Part shown: positions 54,352 through 64,000 of the stretch, piece by piece | Layout of the letters: every line of letters begins with the position of its first letter | Numbering within the stretch: position 1 is the stretch's first letter | From: Eledone cirrhosa | Taxonomy: Eukaryota | Length of the DNA: 64,000 nucleotides | Direction of reading: 5' to 3' | NCBI GenBank assembly: GCA_964016885.1 | Contig: OZ024749.1 | Span: 53,258,001 to 53,322,000 of the forward strand | Notes under the pieces: generated by a model | Seen by the model: the letters and a program-made list of their open reading frames with translations, nothing else | Databases searched by the model: none | Told to the model about the DNA's origin: nothing | Position numbers and translations under genes: made by a program

Positions 54352-54843
54352 GTCATCACCATCATCACCACCATCATAATCATCACCATCATCATCACCA
54401 CCATCATAATCATCACCATCACCATCATCACCATCACCATCACCCTCACCACCATCATCACCATCATCAGTGACCTCAGTCCAACACTACCATCATCATC
54501 ACCATCATCACCATCATCACCATCACCATCATCAGTGACCTCAGTCCAACACCACCATCACCACCATCACCATCACCATCATCACCACCATCATCACCAC
54601 CACCATCACCCTCACCACCATCATCACCATCAGTGACCTCTGTCCAACATCACCATCATCATCATCACCACCATCACCACCACCATCACCATCACCACCA
54701 CCATCACCACCACCATCACCATCACCACCACCATCACCATCACCACCACCATCACCACCACCATCACCATCACCACCACCATCACCACCACCACCACCAT
54801 CAACACCACCATCACCATCACCATCACCCTCACCCTCACCATC
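54352..54843. repeat. (CAT/CAC)n array punctuated by cagtgacctc(a/t)gtccaac
   Basis: Direct reading; the punctuating motif occurs three times. Confidence 0.9.
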
Positions 54844-55051
54844 TTACACCAAAAATATTTAGATAAAAAGGAATTAGAAAGAAAAGTAAACACACCTTTT
54901 TATTTTTATGTTTATTTTCACGTATTTTTTCTGTCGGCAAACCCATTTCTTCAAATGAGGCTAATAGTAACTGCTTGACTTAACTACAGGCTAAATAAGC
55001 TCTAGTTTAGGGCCTCACACCCTCGGGGGCCTCATTGTAGACAGTGCTGGA

Positions 55052-55212
55052 CTTACCTATAAGCTACAGCTCACACCCTCGAGGGCCTCATTTTGTAAAA
55101 AATACATTTTTATTTTATCATTAGTTTTTATTCCTTAACACTTAAGTCATCAACAATTAGAGCCTCGAATTTCATAAAGCTTAGGGACCCAGCAGGTTAA
55201 AGTCCGGCCTTG
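55052..55212. mobile_element. Possible hAT-type MITE
   Basis: Imperfect TIRs cagtgctggactt / aagtccggccttg; no clear TSD; internal cacaccctcg-gggcctca also occurs just upstream. Confidence 0.3.
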
Positions 55213-55740
55213 CTAGAAGTCGGTGTTATTTCACCAATTAAACAGTCCTCCCGTGGTTTGATCGTGTTTCGTGTAGCAACGATACTCCCAGCAACGTGGT
55301 CGGTTTCACATCACAACTGGTGCTTCTCAGCCTCCATCGGTGATGATGACAAACACCGAGACCGGAAGTAACACCTTTTCTTTTCCCGTTTTGAGAGAGA
55401 AAGGTAAATCTCTAGTGTGGGACACCACGTGCTGCAACACCTTGTCCGCTTCTACTGCTTTGGCCACAAACTCGAGCACTGCCGCCCACAATATAGAGAA
55501 GTAGAAGGTAGCCAAAATACCGGGACTTTACCGACCTCTTTATATTAGTCGAGACCTTCGGTGTCTTCGCTACCCCGAACTTCCGTTTCCCTCCCCCAAG
55601 TCGGGAGGAGTGAATCTCAAATGAGGAAAGAGCCCCGTGATGTGGAATGGCTGATGTAGCAAGTTTCGCTGACTGTTCTCCGCGGCAATATCTTTGGCAT
55701 TTTGTCCAAGGGTTTATATATATTTTATATATATATATAT

Positions 55741-55914
55741 AATTGGTGTGGGGTGCTTAAAGCGTCCGTAAGCGGTATGCCGTTTGAGCACTCGATGCTC
55801 TTACAGAGTATAATATCACATCGATCGTGCCTCGAGCTGGTCGCCAGAGAAACGATTGTAATATGTCTAATAAATCTTATTCGTCGCACCATGGATTCTC
55901 CGTTTCTTATGTGA
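55741..55914 (+). mobile_element. (TA)n-embedded repeat family B, copy 2
   Basis: Shares its 3' ~95 nt with 225-321; the 5' parts differ; (TA)n on both sides. Confidence 0.6.
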
Positions 55915-55925
55915 TATATATATAT

Positions 55926-56049
55926 AGTAAGAAACACCAGAGTCAATATGCCATCATATAGACTCTTTGGTGCTTCTTACTCTTTATATATCAGCTCTGC
56001 GGGAACCCTATTTCATCGAGCTTTAATCCTTCTGTTATTATTATTAGTG

Positions 56050-56050
<1 letters not shown>
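55926..56050. repeat. (TA)n-flanked segment starting with a 56-nt imperfect hairpin
   Basis: agtaagaaacaccagagtc aatatg ccat catata gactctttggtgcttcttact folds back on itself. Confidence 0.45.
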
Positions 56051-56096
<46 letters not shown>

Positions 56097-56104
<8 letters not shown>

Positions 56105-56310
56105 TAACAGATTAAAGTTTAAGCAAAGAATCGCTGCTTTCACCCTTAACGGGATCTTCAGAAGATCCCGTTAAGGGTGAAAGCAGCGATTCTTTGCTTA
56201 AACTTTAATCTGTTATTTTAATAAATATTTGCTCTACGGTTCTTATATATTTGTTATATATTTATCCTTATCGAGTCCACTTAGTCTTCACATTTATTAT
56301 TATTACTATA
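56097..56310. mobile_element. Fold-back element family A (63-bp perfect arms, 1-nt loop, ~85-nt tail)
   Basis: 56097-56159 is the reverse complement of 56161-56223; (TA)n flanks. Confidence 0.8.
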
Positions 56311-56347
56311 TATATTATATATATTATATATGTATATATATATATTA

Positions 56348-56388
<41 letters not shown>

Positions 56389-56624
56389 ATATATATATAT
56401 ATTATATATATATATATATATAATATATATATACACACACACACGCATATGTAAACGAAATAGAACCGAAAGTAAAAAGTGTCCATTGAGAAGATATGAG
56501 GTTATAGTGATCCAGAGTAGATCTTGTTTTCTTTTGTTTGACAGAAACACATCTGATACTCCTGCAACTGGTTTTGACAATAACAACTAAAAATAACAAT
56601 TTGATAGCCATGACCTTCGGAGGT

Positions 56625-56670
<46 letters not shown>

Positions 56671-59600
56671 CTCTCTCTCTCTCTCTCTACCTCTCTCTCT
56701 CTCTACCTCTCTCTACCTCTCTCTATCTCTCCTCTACCCTCTCTTTATCCCTCCCTCCCTTTACCTCTCTCTCTAGCCCCTCTCTCTCCCTCTATACCCT
56801 AAATCCCCTCTCTCTGTACCATGTATACCCTCTCCCCCTCTTTCCTCTCCCCCCCTCTATATCCCCATCCCCCCATATCTAGTCCCTCCACACTCTCCCC
56901 CCGCCCACCCCACCCTACCGCCGCCACCACATCCACCCTACCCCCGTCACCACACCACTCCCTCCTACCCCACCACTACCCCCACACCACTCCATCCTAC
57001 CCCACTACCCCGTCCACTCCACTCCCGCCCTACTCCGCCACCACTCCACTTCCCCCCTACCCCCTACCCCACCACCACTCCACTCCACTCCACGCTCTAC
57101 TAATATCTAGGACACTATCTGCTACCAATTAGCGGTATTTCATGCTTCTCTTTGTAAAGACTTCCTTTTCGACATCGATTTATTAACAATATTAGTTGTA
57201 GATAATTTAACTAGAAACAATATACGTTTCTCTGACGGCTTTCATTTGATTATTGTATTACATACATAGAGAAGAATACTAACATCTCATTACAGTTATA
57301 TAGCTTACAATGTGTTGAGTTGTGGTGTGGTGTGGTGTGGTGTTGTGTTGGGTTGGTGTGTGGTGTTGGGTTGGTGTGTGGTGTTGGGTTGGTGTTGAGT
57401 TGTGGTGTGGTGTTGTGTTGGGTTGGTGTGTGGTGTTGGGTTGGTGTGTGGTGTTGGGTTGGTGTTGAGTTGTGGTGTTGTGTTGTGGCGTTGTGTGGCG
57501 TTGTGTTGGGTTGGTGTGTGGTGTTGGGTTGGTGTGTGGTGTGGTGTTGGGTTGGTGTTGAGTTGTGGTGTTGTGTGGCGTTGTGTTGGGTTGGTGTGTG
57601 GTGTTGGGTTGGTGTGTGGTGTTGTGTTGAGTTGTGGTGTGGTGTGGCGTGGTGTTGGGTTGCTGTGTGGTGTTGGGTTGGTGTGTGGTGTTGGTGTTTT
57701 GTGTTGGGTTGTGGTGTTGTGTTGGGTGGTGTGGTGTTGTGTGATGTTGGGTTGTGGTGTGGGTGTGGTGTTGTGTTGGGTTGTGGTGTGTTGGGTTGGG
57801 TTGTGGTGTATTGTGGTGTGGTGTTGGGTTGTGTTGTGTGGTGTGGTGTGTTGGGTTGGGTTGTGGTGTATTGTGGTGTGGTGTTGGGTTGTGTTGTGTG
57901 GTGTGGTGTGGTGTGGGGTTGGGTTGGGTTGTGGTGGGTTGTGTTGTTTTTTTTTATTTTGAAATTTCCTGTTGAAGTATATGTACATAAGTGCACATAA
58001 TTTTCTAGTTTTGGCACAAGGCCAGCAATTACACCAGTGTATTACTGGTACTTTATTTTATCGACCCCGTATATATATATATAAGGTTGCGAGTTGGATT
58101 TCTTAACCACAGAGCTATATTTGCACCCTGTACCACTAAAGTAAGAATACAATAAACCTTTAGTAAGTTATTTCTTCAGTGGTCGAGAAATACACGGACA
58201 GCCGCCATTATCTTATCAACACGAGAAAGTTTATCCCTGAAATCATCTACAAAAAAACGTTATTTTTTCCTAATACCGAAAACATTTAAACTTTTTAAAA
58301 AATCATATAGAAGCAGTTGTCATAACATATCATATATAGGTTTCAGCTGTTTGTTCGTCGCCTCCTCTTATGGCCGGTTTATCTGTGTAGAAAATAGAGA
58401 AAGGGGGAGTTAGATATAGCCCCCGACTGAAAGTATGGAGGTGGTGGTGGTGTCCTTTCAATCGGGTCGTAGAAGGAAAATGTCTTCACTGTTCTATGTA
58501 ATTCTAAAAATACTTGACCTGACTGTCAAAACTATTTAGCATGTCGCTTCCGTCATCGACAATTGCTTTACTTTCATCTATATCTCACTTTCGTCAACGA
58601 CAATGTCTCGGCTCTCAGCTATATTAATATGCTGAAGAGTTCATTAGAAATAGGACATGCTCTATACATTCGACTATTTGATTATATCTTCGATTTGGCA
58701 AAATATCGACTGTGATATAGCTGTTTTCATATGACATGTTTTCCCCGTAAACAAAAACAGTTTTATATATGTAGAGTTCACTTCAGAAGACATTACTTAA
58801 TCTAACTAATGCTAGTAAAAAGAAGAAAAAAATATGCTTTTTCTTTTATCTGAAACTGTTTACACAAGTAAGACACTATTCTCAGCTATTCACAAGAGTT
58901 TAATTATAAAAAAGTGATATGACGAGAGGGATGTTCCCGATGTCTACTACAGCAGTAGTTGTAGTTACTGAACCAACTCATAAAACATTCGTTACTTTTC
59001 TGTGGCGTTGAAATGCTTCCGTATTTCTATGTCGGTTTCTTTCTTTTTTTCTTTAGAAAATAGAGGTGGGAGTTGTAACCATGCTAACTGAAACTTGTCT
59101 AATTTAATCATTTGGAGGATTAACTCTGAGAGAGAAAAAGGTCAGGTTATACATGTACTCTTAGGAAATATCAGAAACGGTTTTTGTAGACAAAATGGCA
59201 GACATTTGTCATAGGCGCGTATCACACAATGTTTATAAGTTTAATGTAGGCTGATTATCTTAGGTTCAACCGTCTATAAAGCCATCTAGCATTTCTTTTT
59301 TTAAATGAAAATTCCACAATTTCATTCAATAAAGAAGGCAGTTCTATATTTGCTAGAAGTCAGAGTAAATAAAACTCGCACAGTGTGTCCAGTTTTAGAT
59401 TATTAGATTTCCCACGAAGAGAGAGAGAGAAAAAAAAAACAACGAAGAAATGTTGGTCTTTCGTTCTGCTACGAAACAAGCAAATAATTTCCTCTGGTCT
59501 ATTAGGATCAGAAGATTAGTCAAGCGAATCTCCGAGCTTGGAACGTTCCGGCACCAACAACAAAAGAAACAAAAAAAACAAAAAAAACAAAAACGGACAA

Positions 59601-61290
59601 ATCCACGGAAACCTTCGTTGGTTCTTACAGGCTTTTAGGCTTTCTTTTTTTTAATAGAAATATTTTTAAAATCATTTGCCTTTGATAGTGGCGAACAGGA
59701 GAAAAATGTAGTTTTTCTATTGTTTCCAACATATTATGGCGAATTTACCGTTGATTTATTAGGTGTAATTTGTTGTTGCTTTAATTGATTTGTTCAAGTG
59801 TTTGGCTGTCGTTAAAGTATTGTCATTCAAACTGCAGCTAGTTATCGTCAGTTAAAATCAATCTTGACTGGCAGCTTACTCAGATGAATGCAAATTGTGT
59901 CCGTTGTCATCGTCTTAGACGCTTACAATTTATCGTCAGCCATGACAATAAACACGGATTGCCTGCCTGCTCCTCTCCTTCTCCCTGCCTGCTGTTATCA
60001 GCCCAAACGAATTTGAAGTGACTGTTTAGTATAGCCTATTAAAACAAAGTGGAATTGTGCAGTGAATCTAATGAGAATCGGGTAACGATAGCATAACAGC
60101 ATTCCAAAGATTGCATTGTGTGTTATCGCAGTGGATGTTATCATTAGGAAGGGCGGATATGTCGTTATCATCCAGCAAGTCGCCATTCATACGCTTTATT
60201 AATGCTGATAGCAAATGGATAGTCAAAAATGCAACAAGGAAAGTTGATACTGTTTAATTCAAATACTAACTACCTGATTTATAGGCGACGAATTGGCATT
60301 AGGACGTTAGAATGCCTTGCGGTATTCATTTCGGCACTCCGTTGTCACTGGGTTCTCTCTGAGATCAAATTCCGCCGAAGTCAACTTTGACTTTCATCCT
60401 TTCGAGGTCGATAATTAAAGAAAGTACCAGTCTCATACTGGTATCAATTCTTTTTCTTTGCCCCTTCACCGCATTAGAGAGAGACAAAGTGGTTAGAACG
60501 TCGGATAGAATGCTTTGTGGTATTTGTTCAGATTCTCTGCTCTCTGAGTTCAAATCCCGTCGAGGTCAACTTTGCCTCACATTCATACGAGGTCGATAAA
60601 AAAAAAACCCCAGTACCAGTCTAGTACTGGGTCAATTCTTCCTCTATATATCTCTCTCACTTCTTCTCTGGAACTCTCTCCTTCTTTGTAAGAAATCTGC
60701 TGTGTCCAGGTTTAAAATGCCATGGTTTAATATCACCAGGTTTAAAATGCCCAAGAAACACCATACGTTGCTATGGTACTCCTACGGTTCAATCGGGAGT
60801 TACGGGTCAAGAAAAAGAAGAAATAATATAATGTGTCTGAAAAACATAAAATGACAGGATTGTCACGGCTGGAATGCAGTCTAGTACTGGGGTCAATTCT
60901 CTCTCTATATCTCTCTCACTCTCTCTCTCTATCCTTCCCCTGAAGATATTTGTTGTACTTAGATCTGGAGATGAGATGGGTTCCGCCAGTTTTAAAAAGA
61001 TGCCCTAAAAATGGCGTCTGTCAATATGGCGCCCATACGACTTCACCGGGAGTTATGGAACCATTCATGCATGCGACTACTTGATTTAAGGAGTCGCAGG
61101 CAGGAGGGGGTGTATGAGGATTACTTGGTTTTACAAAATAAATTTCTTTTTATTAGTGAGAGTGAAGGCATCATGGGACGATTTTGATCTGTTTTCTTAG
61201 CAACCGCGCAGAAGCCATTATTTCCTGTTAGGACTGACAGCTATTTAGACACTGCAGTAATCTATATATTATGATGATATGATTGTGTAC

Positions 61291-61840
61291 TGGCGGTGAA
61301 TTGGCAGTATAGGTAGAAGGTTGGACGCCATGCTTTCCAGCATAGTTACGTCCCTTTACGGTCTGAGTTCAAATCCCGCCGAGGTTAACTTTACCTTTCA
61401 TCCTTACGAGGTCGATAAAATAAAGTACCAGTAATGTATTGGGTTATTGCTGGCCTTGTGCCAAAAGTAGAAACAATTATTGTGTACTGAAGAAGATTGG
61501 TAGAATCTGTAGAGCGTCGGACAGAATGCTTTGCAGCATAGTTACGGCCCTTTACGTTCTAAGTTCGAATCCCGCTGAGGTCAACTTTATCTTTCATCCT
61601 TCTTTCGGGGGCCGATAAAACAATGGTTTCTTATATAGGCACAAAGCCAGCAATTTTGGGGGAGAAGAAAGTCGATTAAATCGCCCCCAGTGTATTACTG
61701 GTACTTTATTTTATCGACCCCGTAAGGATGAAAGGCAGAGCTAACCTCGGCGGGATTTGAACTCAGAACATAAAAGACTGTAACTATATGCCGTAAAGCA
61801 TGTTGTCCGTCGCTCCATCGATTACTGTCAATCTATCAGC
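61291..61840. mobile_element. Three SINEs (+, + truncated, -)
   Basis: 61291-61481(+), 61494-61620(+), 61621-61840(-). Confidence 0.8.
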
Positions 61841-62164
61841 CTGGACTCTATACTAATAATAGATTAATTTGTTATGTAACAAAGACTTGCTCCAGTGGAA
61901 CAACAACAATGGAAATGTCGTTGGCGTTTTTCTTTTTTTTTTCTAGAGACGTCATTTAGAAATATGAACAGAACACTCTGGAAGAGGGGGGGGGGGGGAT
62001 AGGAGAGAGAAATAGGAGAGAAATAGGGGGAAAGAGAGGGATAGAGAATTGTTAGTTAAATATATATTTACTGTCAACAAACAAAACGATAGAAACCCCA
62101 CATCCCACCCAAACACACAGACATCTATAAGTACACACACATATACACACACATACACACGCAT

Positions 62165-62214
<50 letters not shown>

Positions 62215-62215
<1 letters not shown>

Positions 62216-62634
62216 TCAGTGTCCAAGTCTCAGACCCGTACAGCAGCACAGATTCCACTACAGCAACGAAGAGGCAGATCATCAAGTCTTTACGAAGGTC
62301 CGACTTGCACACCGATCTCAAGCTGTGGCACGCCGCCCAGGCTTTGCTCTTCCACATCATCTTCCGGACTGTACGGGAACCTCTCGAAAGTGACACAGAG
62401 GAGACTGAGGTTAGCTGGACATGCTCACCGACATTCAAAGTTGACATTGCACTCAGTGCTCCTGTGGGAGCCCCTCCATGGACACACTGGAAGAGGAAGG
62501 CCGAGGTTAACGTATGTTGATGCCCCAAGGACAGACACTGGTCTGTTGGAGACGCAGGACATGGCAGCGATAATGAGGGACAGAGACCGCTGGAGAGAAC
62601 TCGTCCATGGATCTCGGGAATTTTACCCGCCCTA
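62215..62634 (+). mobile_element. RTE-clade LINE 3' fragment with inverted 5' segment
   Basis: 62367-62634 matches 51021-51302; 62215-62365 on the minus strand encodes KAWAACHSL...LFVAVVESVLLYGSETWTL, the RTE segment that normally lies upstream. Confidence 0.85.
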
Positions 62635-62658
62635 TATATATATATATATATATATATA

Positions 62659-62896
62659 GTAATAATAATAAATTTGAAGACTAAAATCCAAAGAGAGCTC
62701 GATAAGGATAAATATATATCAAATATATGAGAACCGTAGAGCAAATATTTATTAAAATAACAGATTAAAGTTTAAGCAAAGAATCGCTGCTTTCACCCTT
62801 AACGGGATCTTCTGAAAGTTTCAGAAAGTTTCAGAAGATCCCGTTAAGGGTGAAAGCAGCGATTCTTTGCTTAAACTGTAATCTGTTATTTTAATA
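62659..62896. mobile_element. Fold-back element family A, opposite orientation
   Basis: Tail 62659-62749, arms 62750-62817 / 62829-62896; same sequence as 56097-56310 but a different loop junction. Confidence 0.8.
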
Positions 62897-63029
62897 TATA
62901 TATATATATATATATATAGATATATAGATTTCTATAGATAGATAGATATAAATTTCTATAGATAGATAGATATAGATTTCTATAGATAGATAGATATATA
63001 GATATAGATATATATATATATATATATAT

Positions 63030-63097
<68 letters not shown>

Positions 63098-63562
63098 ATA
63101 TGTAGATATTTACACATACACATTTTTTATATACACACGATTAAGCACGTATACACGCACACATATATAACAGTCAAAAGTAAACACAGTCGATTAGACT
63201 TCTATGTCTAGTTCAATCGCGTATATAACTGGTATTAAGTTCATTGACCGGAAAATATGAGAACCGGTTGAACAACGGGTGCTGCATCTTCCTCACCCCA
63301 CATACTCTTCTCCTTACCTATCTACCTTCTTTCATCTCATTTGTTTTCTCCTTTTTCTTCCACATAAACAAACCAGCGTGTACGCATGCGTAGACAGCAA
63401 CTCGTTGATTAAAGTAGTTTGATTGAAAAAAGAAAGAGATATATTGGCAATACATCGATGATTGATCAGCCGAGCAAGTTTAATCGTGTTACGAGATCAT
63501 TCACACTTCAAACATACATGTCTTTATAGGTGTATGTATGTGTACTCACACACACACACACG

Positions 63563-63634
<72 letters not shown>

Positions 63635-64000
63635 GGTATATATGTATATATATAAATGTGTATATATATATATATACGTGTATATATATATATACGTATA
63701 TATATATATATATATATATATATACGTGTATATGTATATATATACGTGTATATATATATTATATATATATATTATATATATATATTATATATATATATTA
63801 TATATATATATTATATATATATATTATATATATATATTATATATATATATTATATATATATATATTATATATATATATATTATATATATATATTATATAT
63901 TTATATATTATATATATATATATTATATATATATTTATATATATATATTTATATATATATATTATATATTATATATTATATATTATATATATATATATTA
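62895..64000. repeat. (TA)n-dominated microsatellite blocks
   Basis: 62895-63100 and 63560-64000. Confidence 0.9.

Noticed and set aside
55600-55700. RNase P/MRP-like gaggaaag...cccc motif
   Set aside because: Only a short partial match; the other conserved regions were not found.
59815-59942. Two minus-strand CTGACGA motifs with short stems
   Set aside because: Followed by GAAT or GCAT rather than GAAA; no stem I.

Overview
AT-rich, very repeat-dense eukaryotic (animal) DNA. The SINE, RTE-LINE and microsatellite content suggests an octopod cephalopod (inference only). Almost all ORFs in the supplied track are artefacts of (TA)n/(CA)n/(GA)n/trinucleotide repeats. The window holds: (1) one intronless ~775-codon minus-strand reading frame (40435-42777), broken by a 1-nt loss and a 16-nt tandem duplication, with a PAM2 (PABP-binding) motif, a long acidic linker and a helical Trp-rich C-terminal domain; (2) about 40 tRNA-derived SINE copies or fragments; (3) RTE-clade LINE 3' fragments, one with a 5' inversion; (4) Tc2/pogo- and mariner-type MITEs; (5) several minisatellites. 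The most striking feature is a set of short elements embedded in (TA)n tracts that carry type I hammerhead ribozyme motifs (complete at 504-656, 26420-26480, its inverted twin 26559-26618, and a core at 19681-19712; half or degenerate cores elsewhere). Many share a (TA)n-tail-arm-loop-inverted arm-(TA)n fold-back layout, which fits termini of Penelope-like retroelements or retrozyme-like derivatives. All alignments were done by eye, so coordinates can be off by a few bases. No database search was possible.
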